From an uncultured virus (IMG/VR IMGVR_UViG_3300042890_004141) (lineage: Duplodnaviria; Heunggongvirae; Uroviricota; Caudoviricetes): a stretch of 64,000 bases of DNA. Below, one piece after another: positions 8,579 to 18,454 of the stretch. The notes beneath the pieces were generated by a model. It was not told the DNA's origin and made no database searches. It saw only the letters and a list, made by a program, of their open reading frames with translations. How positions within the stretch are numbered: position 1 is the stretch's first letter; every line of letters starts with the position of its first letter. The position numbers and the translations under genes are program-made. Location of the stretch: positions 1 to 64,000 of the IMG/VR virus record IMGVR_UViG_3300042890_004141; one strand, 5' to 3'.

Positions 8579-9058
8579 TTATTTAATAATACCTGCTCTA
8601 TGTAACCACTGACGGTTAATATATTCTTTAAGTTCAGTATCATCTTCTTCAGTTTTTACTTCTGAAGTTGGTTCTGTGTTTCTAATTTGGTCTAATAAAG
8701 TGCCTACAAAGTATTGTCTACCTTTATTCATATCAAGAGTAACCCATTTATCTTCTAACCAAACATAAACAACCTCCGCACCTTTTCCCTTAGCATAATA
8801 ATATAATTCACTAAATAAATCTTCTGGTTCATCATCTGTGATTTGTACTGCACCACCTTTATCATAGCGTTCTACCTCTCCAGTTTCAGAATCAATAAAT
8901 CTAATATCATTACCGTTCATTACTAAATCCTCAGCTTCAGAATCTGAATTGAAGTATTCTGGGAGTACTTTATTTAAGTCAGAGTCTGATGCATAATGGA
9001 TATAAATTGAAAATATTGAATTTGAATCTGCTAAATAAGCTATTTGTCCTCTTGTCAT
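8579..9058 (-). CDS. acidic hypothetical protein, possibly virion-internal
   Basis: 159 aa; TRGQI..SIYIHY N-terminus; ATATTTATAA motif upstream. Confidence 0.7.
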   Translation of the reverse strand: MTRGQIAYLADSNSIFSIYIHYASDSDLNKVLPEYFNSDSEAEDLVMNGNDIRFIDSETGEVERYDKGGAVQITDDEPEDLFSELYYYAKGKGAEVVYVWLEDKWVTLDMNKGRQYFVGTLLDQIRNTEPTSEVKTEEDDTELKEYINRQWLHRAGIIK

Positions 9059-9084
9059 AATTTTATTATAAATATGCTAAATTT

Positions 9085-9309
9085 TTAAAGTTTGTATTTA
9101 GATTGCCATTTTTGAATAAATATTTCACCTAAACCTACCTCAAGCCAAATAGCTGCTTCTGGTATACCTGGCAGTTTACATTTAGGGTCAATTACTTCAT
9201 CAACATTTTTGTTTTTGAATATTTTCATTTTGGTTTGAGCATTTGACCTATTAGAGGTTTTAAATACTACAATAACTGGATCGTCTACATATGATTTACT
9301 TCTAGCCAT
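9085..9309 (-). CDS. hypothetical protein
   Basis: 74 aa ORF. Confidence 0.7.
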   Translation of the reverse strand: MARSKSYVDDPVIVVFKTSNRSNAQTKMKIFKNKNVDEVIDPKCKLPGIPEAAIWLEVGLGEIFIQKWQSKYKL

Positions 9310-9527
9310 TATCTATACATTATAATAAAATCTCCAAAGTGATGGTCCATAACTTGAATCAACCATTCATAGTCTGCACTTGTCATCTCGCTATGAATTA
9401 TATCCCAATCTTTATTTAATTTATGAGATAAGTCCTTAGCAATAGATAATAATACAAAAGCATTACCATCAGGACCTAATAAATCAATTTCAATTTTATC
9501 TTTTTTAGGACGTCTACTTGTTATCAT
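9309..9527 (-). CDS. hypothetical phage protein
   Basis: IDLLGPDGNAFVLL motif. Confidence 0.75.
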   Translation of the reverse strand: MITSRRPKKDKIEIDLLGPDGNAFVLLSIAKDLSHKLNKDWDIIHSEMTSADYEWLIQVMDHHFGDFIIMYR

Positions 9528-9997
9528 TTGCTTAATTGTTTTCTAACTTCTTGAACATGTTTACAACCTTTACTTCTATCTTTACATCTAAAAAAACCAC
9601 TACAGTTACAAGTTAATTTATCACCTTGTTTAGTAACCTTATAAAATAAACCTTTTTCACTTGATGATTCAAATTTCCAAGTTTCTTTATTAACTGGTGC
9701 TTCTACTTTAACTGGTTTAATCCATTCAATATCCTCTAATGTAGTTTCAGAATGAACTTCTTGCCAAGTAGGAACAATAAATTTCTTACCTGATACAGGT
9801 GAAACAAATAATGTTGGAGGTAATTGTGGATGCTCATAAGTGTATTTAAATACATAAACACCATTACTAATAATACTCTTAGATGGTTTGAAACCATAAG
9901 ATGTAGTTTTAGAATATTTAAGGAACTTATTAGTATAAGTAATTTCTTGACCTAAAATATTTACTTTATGTGTTTCAATTATTCTATGTAATGCCAT
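9524..9997 (-). CDS. SWIM zinc-finger protein
   Basis: Y.V...CNC.GF...CKH at C-terminus. Confidence 0.75.
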   Translation of the reverse strand: MALHRIIETHKVNILGQEITYTNKFLKYSKTTSYGFKPSKSIISNGVYVFKYTYEHPQLPPTLFVSPVSGKKFIVPTWQEVHSETTLEDIEWIKPVKVEAPVNKETWKFESSSEKGLFYKVTKQGDKLTCNCSGFFRCKDRSKGCKHVQEVRKQLSK

Positions 9998-10019
9998 AAC
10001 CTTTATTTTTATTATGACA

Positions 10020-10051
10020 TAAATATAACAAATGTGTTTTACGAGGCCAAA
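10020..10051 (-). promoter_or_regulatory. early/middle promoter
   Basis: TTTGG-N19-TATATTTA. Confidence 0.75.
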
Positions 10052-10233
10052 CCCTTCTTTTTTTCCTTAGTAAGGATTTCTTTCTTATAATATTCAACCA
10101 CCATTTGATAGTCTAAAGTAAGAGCAATACATAAACTTTCTAATGCCTCCCAATCATTAATAGCTATTTGAACCATTAAATCATCTGGGAGGCTTTGAAA
10201 GAATTCTATTGTTCCACTATTATTAGTCTTCAT
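10039..10233 (-). CDS. hypothetical protein
   Basis: 64 aa ORF. Confidence 0.65.
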   Translation of the reverse strand: MKTNNSGTIEFFQSLPDDLMVQIAINDWEALESLCIALTLDYQMVVEYYKKEILTKEKKKGLAS

Positions 10234-10345
10234 TAAGGATTTCTTTCAACCATTCAGGTTGTTTTTTGATTTTACCTTTACGTTTAAGTTCTTCTAACCA
10301 AATTTTCAGAACCGCTAATCTTTGTACATTACTTGTTTTACTCAT
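10223..10345 (-). CDS. small basic protein
   Basis: Manual translation MSKTSNVQRLAVLKIWLEELKRKGK... (40 aa). Confidence 0.5.
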   Translation of the reverse strand: MSKTSNVQRLAVLKIWLEELKRKGKIKKQPEWLKEILNED

Positions 10346-10475
10346 TACTTTTTGCTTTATTTAAAACTTCGTTATTTTCTTTTATACGTTTATTGAATTT
10401 TTTACCATGCGCTCTACTTTTTTTATATCGCTTAGATAAAGTATGAGGTACATATTTTTTATTTATAGTACTCAT
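10338..10475 (-). CDS. small basic protein
   Basis: Manual translation MSTINKKYVPHTLSKRYKKSRAHGKK... (45 aa). Confidence 0.5.
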   Translation of the reverse strand: MSTINKKYVPHTLSKRYKKSRAHGKKFNKRIKENNEVLNKAKSNE

Positions 10476-10478
10476 AAT

Positions 10479-10634
10479 TTATCCTTGTCCTACATTTACT
10501 TTAACATAGTTTTTAGAGCCTTTATTTTTAGACATTTTAGTCTTTGCATGGATACCTTTTCTAGATTTTTTAGGTTTTTCTTTGTAAAGCGATGAAGCGC
10601 TTATTGATGTTTTTTTAGATTTTGCTGCTGCCAT
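10479..10634 (-). CDS. small Lys-rich protein
   Basis: Manual translation MAAAKSKK...RKGIHAKTKMSKNKGSKNYVKVNVGQG (51 aa). Confidence 0.65.
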   Translation of the reverse strand: MAAAKSKKTSISASSLYKEKPKKSRKGIHAKTKMSKNKGSKNYVKVNVGQG

Positions 10635-10658
10635 GCTGATAAATACATGGCTTTGTTT

Positions 10659-11186
10659 TTAAAGTCTTTCCCATTTATTCTTATAGTCCTTATTAGTAGT
10701 AGCATAAACAGCATAGTCATTTCTAATTGGTTGACCACTATTATAAGCACCACAAGCCAATGTCCAGTCATGGTGGATTGAGTACCAGTTGCGAAGCATT
10801 TTCATACTAATCATAACATTTAAATCAATATTAGTTTTTAATTCTTTTTCACTAATACGACGCCTAACATAAGGTCTAGCCCAACGTGTAATAATCTGCA
10901 TTGGCCCTACTGCTCCAGCATATGATTTTTGATATGGATTGTAATTAAAATGAAATGGGCCTTGATAACGTGTTTCTAAATAAGCAACATTATAAGCAAT
11001 ATGTTTAGGAATATTAAAACTATCACTCCAGTGTTCAATTGACTCATACATCTGGAGTGAAATAGTTCCATTAGCTAAATCTAAACGTTCTTCAAAATAA
11101 TCTAGACGTCGGTTAACATTATAATACATTAACCCAATAATACCTAGAATAATAATCAAATACCAACTTTTTAATTTAGCAAACAT
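10659..11186 (-). CDS. lytic transglycosylase (SLT fold) with N-terminal TM segment
   Basis: LET (catalytic Glu), GAVGPMQI, AYNSG motifs. Confidence 0.88.
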   Translation of the reverse strand: MFAKLKSWYLIIILGIIGLMYYNVNRRLDYFEERLDLANGTISLQMYESIEHWSDSFNIPKHIAYNVAYLETRYQGPFHFNYNPYQKSYAGAVGPMQIITRWARPYVRRRISEKELKTNIDLNVMISMKMLRNWYSIHHDWTLACGAYNSGQPIRNDYAVYATTNKDYKNKWERL

Positions 11187-11194
11187 ATTTTATT

Positions 11195-11512
11195 TTATTT
11201 AGTTACAACAGGACTAGCAATCTTAGAAGCATACATTTTAAAAATGATTCGACCTACTGAATCACTATAAATACTATAACTTCCTGTTTTACGATCCATC
11301 ATAATCAATTTGTCTTCTGAATCAATAGCAATTCGAACTTCTTTATTTAAAATAGTTTCATTAACCGATTTGGGTTTCATTTTCAATTCATTGAAATAGT
11401 AACCTAGACCAAAACCAGCAATCAAAGTTGATGCTACAATAGTAATGTTCATAAAGCGAGCAAATGCTGCTTTAAATTTTTCCTTGAACTCTTCTGTGAT
11501 TAATTTTTTCAT
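11195..11512 (-). CDS. membrane protein adjacent to the transglycosylase
   Basis: Single TM segment ITIVASTLIAGFGLGYYF. Confidence 0.65.
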   Translation of the reverse strand: MKKLITEEFKEKFKAAFARFMNITIVASTLIAGFGLGYYFNELKMKPKSVNETILNKEVRIAIDSEDKLIMMDRKTGSYSIYSDSVGRIIFKMYASKIASPVVTK

Positions 11513-11529
11513 AACATTTATTTTTGTTG

Positions 11530-11561
11530 TAAATATAATATTAGCTTATTATTAAGCCAAA
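11530..11561 (-). promoter_or_regulatory. early/middle promoter
   Basis: TTTGG-N19-TATATTTA. Confidence 0.7.
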
Positions 11562-11567
11562 TTTAAG

Positions 11568-11906
11568 TTAACTTTTTTTAGGCCTACCTCGTTTGACAAC
11601 AGGTGGATTTTTTAATTTACTAACAGCATTAACAATACGTTGACAATCTTCATATTGTTCTTCTCTAATATAGTAAGGTAAATTTTCTTCTAATGTCTCA
11701 ATAAAGTGTTTTCGCTCAACAGTAATGTCATAAATTTCTCCCTCCTCTAAACAGTTTATAGATAAAACATGAACATGCTTCTTTTTTGAGTCCATATTAT
11801 TTAATATACCATCTACAATAGCTTTAGCTATTCTAAAATCTTTATTATCAACAAGTTCTTGGAACTCATCTGAATTGTTAACTGTTATCTCTTTCATCAT
11901 AATCAA
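11568..11906 (-). CDS. hypothetical protein with UVR-like motif and AT-hook-like tail
   Basis: EEQYEDCQRI; KRGRPKK. Confidence 0.7.
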   Translation of the reverse strand: MIMMKEITVNNSDEFQELVDNKDFRIAKAIVDGILNNMDSKKKHVHVLSINCLEEGEIYDITVERKHFIETLEENLPYYIREEQYEDCQRIVNAVSKLKNPPVVKRGRPKKS

Positions 11907-12091
11907 AATAAGTTAAAGAAATCTGTTTTTATATTCTTCTCTTTTAATTTACTAAATTTTTCTTGTTCCTCCAAGCTTTTAGTAGCTAATTTTTCTAAAT
12001 GTTTTTGTTTTTGGACATCAAAATCATTAACAAGGGAATCATGTTTTTTATGTTTGCCTTTTTTTAGTAATGGTACTCGTTTCTTTTTCAT
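11903..12091 (-). CDS. hypothetical basic protein
   Basis: 62 aa ORF. Confidence 0.6.
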   Translation of the reverse strand: MKKKRVPLLKKGKHKKHDSLVNDFDVQKQKHLEKLATKSLEEQEKFSKLKEKNIKTDFFNLF

Positions 12092-12732
12092 AGGCGGGAG
12101 ATAAATTCACTACCATCATCTAAAGGTTTAGGGTCATATAGTCCTAATTCTCTAAGGCGTTGTTGAGTATAATCATCTACTTCCCAATCAACTTTAGATT
12201 CATTTTTAACTAAATGATCTTCTAGACCCTCCAGTTGTTTGTCGCTAAATATGTCTCCAATTTGGAGGAAATAACAGTTATAACAAAGCATTTCTAGGTT
12301 ATCAAGACGATAATGTTGTTTGTTACCATCTTTAAAATTTAAAATTAAAGGCATTTTATAATCTAGTAAACGATGCTCATGAAAACCACATGAGTAACAT
12401 TCTTCCTTCATATAACCCTCTTGTAATAATCTATATTTAATTTTATTAGGGTTGAATGAGGATGGATCTAATCTACCTTCAATAATGTCTAATAAAGCAA
12501 AATCACGTCTTGGTTTACCATTACTTAAAAATTTAGGAATGCCTTTACCTGATTGGTTTTTATGTTGTTCAAATAAATTAGCATAACCAGGTTGTGTTGC
12601 CTCATATCTCCTAGCCCACATTTTGTAATGTATGTAAGAACAATTCAAATAGCGAGCTGCTGCTTTATTTGATTTGGTTTTAGCCATAGCAGCTAAAATC
12701 ATTTCCTTACCAAGTGGTCTTGCTTTTGGCAT
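12088..12732 (-). CDS. HTH plus degenerate HNH/zinc-finger protein
   Basis: KAAARYLNCSY (HTH-like), CYSCG...DGN...NLEMLCYNC. Confidence 0.7.
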   Translation of the reverse strand: MPKARPLGKEMILAAMAKTKSNKAAARYLNCSYIHYKMWARRYEATQPGYANLFEQHKNQSGKGIPKFLSNGKPRRDFALLDIIEGRLDPSSFNPNKIKYRLLQEGYMKEECYSCGFHEHRLLDYKMPLILNFKDGNKQHYRLDNLEMLCYNCYFLQIGDIFSDKQLEGLEDHLVKNESKVDWEVDDYTQQRLRELGLYDPKPLDDGSEFISRL

Positions 12733-13028
12733 TACTCTTCGTTTGGTTTTACTTCTCTAAATCCTGGAGGGATTTCTGTTTGAGTTTCATCAATAGGTTC
12801 AAATAATTTATTTCCAGTTTTACGAAGTTTATTTTCAGCTTCAACATAGGCTTTATAATCTTCATGTTCCAAATGAATAGTTTCAATCCAAGTATGATCA
12901 CCTTCACCTTTCATTATTGTGACAACACCTTTTTTCTGAACACCTGAACAGCTAACACAGGTTTTAGCTGTTGGTAGGGCTTTTAATCTTCCTTCTGGAA
13001 TTATGTCTCCACATTTAATACAATTCAT
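12732..13028 (-). CDS. DksA/TraR-type C4 zinc-finger protein
   Basis: CIKCGDIIPEGRLKALPTAKTCVSC. Confidence 0.8.
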   Translation of the reverse strand: MNCIKCGDIIPEGRLKALPTAKTCVSCSGVQKKGVVTIMKGEGDHTWIETIHLEHEDYKAYVEAENKLRKTGNKLFEPIDETQTEIPPGFREVKPNEE

Positions 13029-13031
13029 AAC

Positions 13032-13415
13032 TTATTTATTTTTTTCTATATTATCTACTCGTTTTAAAAATTCCCAAAGTTGTTCTGTTGTCTCAACAAT
13101 TACATTTTCTTCAGTTTCATTATCATGGTCATTTAATTTAATGGCTACCACATTGCCTTCCTCATCATAACGGTTATATACCCACCATAATACAATGTCT
13201 GTTTTCCATTCACCGTATTTAATGAATAATAAATTTTCAATCATTATATAAAATGGTTCTTCATATGAGGTAATATTTAAGGCGTGTTCCTCTAAGGTTG
13301 AACTGCGCTCAAAACATTCATCTAATAAAGAAATAATGTCAATGAAAATTTCTTTTTCACTTAACTCTTTTTTCTTTTTTGATTTAATATTTACGTTTTT
13401 ACCAAAGTTTTTCAT
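13032..13415 (-). CDS. hypothetical protein
   Basis: 127 aa ORF. Confidence 0.7.
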   Translation of the reverse strand: MKNFGKNVNIKSKKKKELSEKEIFIDIISLLDECFERSSTLEEHALNITSYEEPFYIMIENLLFIKYGEWKTDIVLWWVYNRYDEEGNVVAIKLNDHDNETEENVIVETTEQLWEFLKRVDNIEKNK

Positions 13416-13570
13416 AATATAGTTGTTACACCAAATATTTTTAAAAATTCTTTTAATGGGAGTTGTTTACGCTCAGCAAACAATTTAGCAGCTTGTAATC
13501 TAGATGTTGTAACTACACGACCAATTGTTTCTTTATTTTTATCGTTTCTGTTATAAAATTTAAATATCAT
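13412..13570 (-). CDS. hypothetical protein
   Basis: Manual translation MIFKFYNRNDKNKETIG...AAKLFAERKQL (52 aa), ATGA overlaps on both sides. Confidence 0.6.
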   Translation of the reverse strand: MIFKFYNRNDKNKETIGRVVTTSRLQAAKLFAERKQLPLKEFLKIFGVTTIL

Positions 13571-14472
13571 AATCTAATATACTTATGTTGTTGTTCTTCT
13601 AAACTATTAATAGTTATTTTTAAATTTCCAATTTGGAATGTTCCTGTATCATTTGTTTCTTTTACAATATCATTTAATTGTTGAATATAATTATAATCCT
13701 GTTGTGTTATAGTCTTACCATCAATTTCTACAATTACATCTTCACCATCATTAAACCATAAGCCTAATGATTGTTTTATATTAGTATCCATATCACCATG
13801 GATGATTAATTTTTTATTATAAACTACATTGTATGTTGATTTTCTAAACCCCCACTTTTTAACAAAGTTAAAATTAGATTCTTGTTCTATAGATTGATAG
13901 TCACCTACACGAGATGTTTTACTAACAAAATGATAAACATGAGCTGAACTAACTTTATGTTCAAAACCAGCTAGTTTATATCTTAAATGCAAATCATCAT
14001 CTTCACAAAACATTTTAAAAGTATTACCATCAATACCAATATAATCCTCTTTCATACAACCAAAGAATAATTGTGAACCACCATCAACTAAACTTTCCTC
14101 TATATTAAAATCTAAGAATTTTTGATTATTAAATGTTTTTAAATCATTACCACAATCCAAAATAATTTTACCAGCATATATGTCGGGATAAATAGGAGGT
14201 TCAATTCTTGTGTAAGTTGTTATTCTTCCTTTTTGAATATGTTTATCCATAGTTTCAAGAAAACCAGGCTTAATAACCATATCATTATGAAGTAAAATAA
14301 TTTTTTCACCTTTTGCTTTAGCAACAGCATTATTATAATTTAAACCTAAAGTAATACTGTTGTTTTCTTCAATAACTACATCAACATCAGGATAAATTTC
14401 TTTAATATTATTTAAAATATTAATAGTGTATTCTGTGTTGGTTTTATTTGTTGGGATGATTAATGATATCAT
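13567..14472 (-). CDS. glycosyltransferase family 2
   Basis: ISLIIP, N.AVAKAKGEKIILLHNDM, CEDDD motifs. Confidence 0.85.
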   Translation of the reverse strand: MISLIIPTNKTNTEYTINILNNIKEIYPDVDVVIEENNSITLGLNYNNAVAKAKGEKIILLHNDMVIKPGFLETMDKHIQKGRITTYTRIEPPIYPDIYAGKIILDCGNDLKTFNNQKFLDFNIEESLVDGGSQLFFGCMKEDYIGIDGNTFKMFCEDDDLHLRYKLAGFEHKVSSAHVYHFVSKTSRVGDYQSIEQESNFNFVKKWGFRKSTYNVVYNKKLIIHGDMDTNIKQSLGLWFNDGEDVIVEIDGKTITQQDYNYIQQLNDIVKETNDTGTFQIGNLKITINSLEEQQHKYIRL

Positions 14473-14473
14473 A

Positions 14474-15130
14474 TTAATATGTTTTATAAAAATCGTCTAC
14501 TGATATAATATTTAGTAATTCTTCTCTATATGAGTCAAAATAGTTCCATTCTAAACATTTTTCTAAAGAAGCTTTATTGTAAAGTTCTTGTGGTTTTTGT
14601 TTAACTATACCCACTCCCCAATCTGTGTCTACTACTTTTATTTCTAAATTAGGTTCAGTACATCTAAGTTTAACTACTGATTTCCAAACATCTCCATTCC
14701 ATAAGCCTGAAATTCGAGGAATAACCTGGTTTGTAAATTCAGGTGGATTACAATCATGTAATATAATAAATCCATTAGGCATTAAATGATTTAAGGAATT
14801 TTTTATATCTTTATCTACTTGATTTGAATGATGAAGACCATCTATAAAAATAATATCATACTTAATATCATGTCCCTTAATAAAATCAAAAAACTCATCA
14901 GAAGTAATAGGATAGTTAATTTCAGGAACATTCATACCTCCAACCTCTGATCCTGGTGAAGGATCAACTCCGTCTTTATGTATGGCCTTAATTTTTCTTA
15001 TACAAAGCCCATCATTTACTCCTATTTCTAAATAGTTTAGAAAATTATAGTTTTTTATTAAATGGTTAATTAAATCCCATCTTTTAACTCCGTTAGGGTC
15101 AGCATAGATATCATTTGAATATTTTTTCAT
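14474..15130 (-). CDS. class I SAM-dependent methyltransferase (Methyltransf_24-like)
   Basis: YLEIGV, YDIIFIDGLH, GFIILHD; ATG at 15130 preferred. Confidence 0.85.
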   Translation of the reverse strand: MKKYSNDIYADPNGVKRWDLINHLIKNYNFLNYLEIGVNDGLCIRKIKAIHKDGVDPSPGSEVGGMNVPEINYPITSDEFFDFIKGHDIKYDIIFIDGLHHSNQVDKDIKNSLNHLMPNGFIILHDCNPPEFTNQVIPRISGLWNGDVWKSVVKLRCTEPNLEIKVVDTDWGVGIVKQKPQELYNKASLEKCLEWNYFDSYREELLNIISVDDFYKTY

Positions 15131-15131
15131 A

Positions 15132-16088
15132 TTATTGTGCTTTACTAAATGCTGCGTAGACATTTTTTGGTATTATATTTTTTTCTTTTAATTGCTCAAC
15201 TCCTTTATTAATATATTGAGGTAAATTAGCTTCAAATATTGATCTTTGTTCTTTTGCTCCTATTTTTATACTTAAAAAATCTTTATAATAAGAAGTAAAA
15301 TCTCTATCTCTTAAATCTCCCATACTGTAATCTAATATAGTTTCTCCTCTTAAAACATATTGCTGGAAGTCAACATTATTTAGCTTAGTAAAATCAGATA
15401 ACAACATTGAATAATAATCCCATGGGCCATATCCTGTCCAATCATCATGAATAGGACATAAGTTTTCATAAAACTCTTTATTATATATGTCAAACCATAT
15501 AGCCCATTTACTTTTATCTACAGTTTCTAAAAACCTTTCATCTTCTGGATGGTTTATGTCTTTCATAAGATGAAAAATATCAAAGTCACCCCATTTATCA
15601 TAAGGAACATCCATGTATTTTTTATTAGTTATACTATCCCATGTGCTGTCCCACATCTTATGTATTTCAGGAGTAACAACAAAATATTTATTTTTTACTA
15701 AACGAACGGATTCAATTAAGTAAGATAACAAATACTCACTAAAATATATATCAGGGCAAATAGAAATATAGTAATCAAATTCTTTACCATAAGCTATTTT
15801 TTGCATATCTAATAAACCATAGTTTTCATCTCCATCATAAATGATAGAGTTATGTTTATAGTCTTTTAGTAAAATAGCTAAATCATTATATTTTTTAATA
15901 AAAAATTCTTTTGGTAATTGACTATTGTCCCAATCAATGATATGGTTAGATAAATTTAAATGAGTATCAATAGTAATTTCTATATCTTTATTCAAATAAT
16001 AAAATGATTTTTTTAGTTGGGTATATGACAGTAATGCAAAATCAATTTGCCAAGGCATAATTAAATAAAATAGTTTTATCTTAATCAT
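15132..16088 (-). CDS. putative glycosyltransferase-like protein
   Basis: CPDIYF and GYGPWD motifs within the GT cluster. Confidence 0.5.
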   Translation of the reverse strand: MIKIKLFYLIMPWQIDFALLSYTQLKKSFYYLNKDIEITIDTHLNLSNHIIDWDNSQLPKEFFIKKYNDLAILLKDYKHNSIIYDGDENYGLLDMQKIAYGKEFDYYISICPDIYFSEYLLSYLIESVRLVKNKYFVVTPEIHKMWDSTWDSITNKKYMDVPYDKWGDFDIFHLMKDINHPEDERFLETVDKSKWAIWFDIYNKEFYENLCPIHDDWTGYGPWDYYSMLLSDFTKLNNVDFQQYVLRGETILDYSMGDLRDRDFTSYYKDFLSIKIGAKEQRSIFEANLPQYINKGVEQLKEKNIIPKNVYAAFSKAQ

Positions 16089-16588
16089 AATTTACCGGTT
16101 TTAATTTCAGTTACTATTTGCTCAATAGTCAATTTTCTTCCTAAAATATTCATCTCATTTTTAGTAAAAGGTTTAATTAAATTTACCCAATATAAGAATT
16201 CATCTAAACTTAAAACATATCGAGTAGTGTTTTGTACATTAGGTTCTATTCCTTTACTTAGCTGAGATTTAAATACATTTAGTATAGTGTTTGGAGTTTT
16301 TACCCATTCACAAACTTCAATCCTCACTATAGTATAATATTTAAAATTATTTCTAATATATTCTTCTATCTCTATTTTATGGTCAGTGTATCTATCTTTT
16401 TTATAATAGACTCCTAAATTTGAAAAATAAACTATATGTTTATCTTTTGAAATTGTTTTAAGAAGATTAAATTCTCTTTCATATTCATTTTCATCCACAC
16501 ATGTACTATTACTTACCCCGGATGCGAAAAATACTAAGTCATTATTGTCTTTAAGGACATTAGCTATACTCCCATTACCTATTATCAT
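16085..16588 (-). CDS. short NAD-dependent epimerase/dehydratase-like protein
   Basis: IIGNGSIA, FFASGVSNS, YxxxK (YTDHK). Confidence 0.7.
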   Translation of the reverse strand: MIIGNGSIANVLKDNNDLVFFASGVSNSTCVDENEYEREFNLLKTISKDKHIVYFSNLGVYYKKDRYTDHKIEIEEYIRNNFKYYTIVRIEVCEWVKTPNTILNVFKSQLSKGIEPNVQNTTRYVLSLDEFLYWVNLIKPFTKNEMNILGRKLTIEQIVTEIKTGKL

Positions 16589-17397
16589 ATTAACTTATTA
16601 TGTTTAAAAATTTGAGTTATTGTGTTAACTATGTTTTGTTCGTAATCTACGTAATCTAAAGCTAATTTCCAATTTTTTTCAATTATTTCTTTTCTATTTT
16701 CATAATAACTTTCATTTAGTTGATTAGTTATATAAACTAAATCATCAACATTATTAAAAGTTATAATACCATCCATATCAAAATAATCACCTATGTTTGA
16801 GCAACCCCAATATAAAGGAATAGTTTTAAGCAAAAAACAATCTAATATTTTTTCAGTAAAATATCCTCTGTAAGAAGTATTTTCAATCACTACTCCAAAT
16901 TGTGAATTACCAAATATAAATTCTTTACCTAAACGAGCATCATCAATATTATTTCTGTCTCCATAGGTCTCATAAAACTTAGTAGGAATGCTAAATTCAT
17001 TTTTTCTAGCGGTAGCTTCATGTCTTAAAGAATGACCATATGTTTTAAGTAACTTACCTTGTAAATGAGCCAATTGGAATGTTTTATCATGATTTTTATT
17101 ATATTGATCGGGTTTAAGCCAAGTATGTCCAAAAGGTTGAAAAATAGCATTATCACAATTGTTTAATACTTTATCATTTTGAGTTAAAATAATAGTGAAT
17201 ATATCTTTATTTTTAATAACCCAATCATGTAATCCAAAGTATTCATTTGGTTCCTGGAATGCAATTATATTAATTGGAGATAATTCTTCTTGAGATTGAG
17301 GAGCAGTATCAATAAATAAAGAAAAATCTAAATAAGATAAATGTTTAAGTTTATCTTCAAAAATCTGTTTATCAAAGTGTGCTACTTTTAATTTCAT
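16585..17397 (-). CDS. glycosyltransferase family 10 (fucosyltransferase-like)
   Basis: FGVVIEN...GYFTEKILDCF..KTIPLYWG. Confidence 0.8.
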   Translation of the reverse strand: MKLKVAHFDKQIFEDKLKHLSYLDFSLFIDTAPQSQEELSPINIIAFQEPNEYFGLHDWVIKNKDIFTIILTQNDKVLNNCDNAIFQPFGHTWLKPDQYNKNHDKTFQLAHLQGKLLKTYGHSLRHEATARKNEFSIPTKFYETYGDRNNIDDARLGKEFIFGNSQFGVVIENTSYRGYFTEKILDCFLLKTIPLYWGCSNIGDYFDMDGIITFNNVDDLVYITNQLNESYYENRKEIIEKNWKLALDYVDYEQNIVNTITQIFKHNKLI

Positions 17398-18002
17398 AAC
17401 GTATTATAAAACTGGTTTTGTTTTTCTTGTTTTTCAATAGTTTTTGGATGAATTAAAGCTAACTCATCAACTGCAGGCAGTACAGTGAAACGTTTATGAC
17501 CTTCAATCACTTCATGAACCGCATTCCTCCATTTAATTTCAGGAACATTTCTATAAATTCGTGTTTGATAATCAGGCCAATTTACTCTTTCATTTTCATA
17601 TTTCCAACCCCATTTTTGTATATGTTCTGATGTAATACCACTTACTGTATTAATTCTAGGAACATAATACAAATCAACTTCTGGATTGGCTTTAAGAATT
17701 TGAGGAAGTAATTCTAACATTTCAAGAGCTATTAATTCATCAGCGTCAATCTGAAAGATAAATTCTCCTAAACAGTGTTTTGTTAATTCATTTTTATATG
17801 AAGCAAAATCTTTATTTAAAGGATAAAACCAATGTTTTATTCCTCTATCAAGAATAACACTTACTACTTCTTTAGTATGATTATCCTGATCAATTTGGAC
17901 TACGATTTCATACTCAGGTGATAGAGCACGTTCTTGAAGATAATCAAGTAACGTCTCTAACTCCTGATGTTCGTTACATACAGTGATTGCTAGGCTAATC
18001 AT
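17394..18002 (-). CDS. glycosyltransferase family 2
   Basis: ISLAITVCNE, FQIDADE, WPDYQTR, VHE. Confidence 0.85.
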   Translation of the reverse strand: MISLAITVCNEHQELETLLDYLQERALSPEYEIVVQIDQDNHTKEVVSVILDRGIKHWFYPLNKDFASYKNELTKHCLGEFIFQIDADELIALEMLELLPQILKANPEVDLYYVPRINTVSGITSEHIQKWGWKYENERVNWPDYQTRIYRNVPEIKWRNAVHEVIEGHKRFTVLPAVDELALIHPKTIEKQEKQNQFYNTL

Positions 18003-18454
18003 TCTGGTATAACTCCAATGTATGAGAGGGCATCCATAAATTCCTTTTCACTAAAGTTTTTTATAGTGTCCATATCCATTCTGAATTTATAATGTTCACC
18101 TGGTTTTTTAGGATTAGGGTATTTATGTTTTTCTTCTTCTTTAACTGGTACTGATTTTACTGCTGACCAATGCCAGTTAAAAGCAGAGGCTCCGTTAGCA
18201 AAAATCATTCCTTTTTCATGTAAGTTGATAGCTGATGGCATCCATACTTTACCTTTTTCATCTTTATGGAATAAATCTTTATAAAGTTCAGGTAGTATTT
18301 CTTTTTGTTGAGTTAAAAACTCTCCATCTTCAACCATTAATGAATTTGTTTGGAAACCACAACCATAACAAAAATAGGTTTTAATGTCTTGGTTTACTTC
18401 ATCTACGTAACATGCGTCTGAGCCGCAGCGGTCACAAATTATTAAATTATCCAT
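17999..18454 (-). CDS. zinc-ribbon hypothetical protein
   Basis: CDRC...CYGCG. Confidence 0.7.
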   Translation of the reverse strand: MDNLIICDRCGSDACYVDEVNQDIKTYFCYGCGFQTNSLMVEDGEFLTQQKEILPELYKDLFHKDEKGKVWMPSAINLHEKGMIFANGASAFNWHWSAVKSVPVKEEEKHKYPNPKKPGEHYKFRMDMDTIKNFSEKEFMDALSYIGVIPE

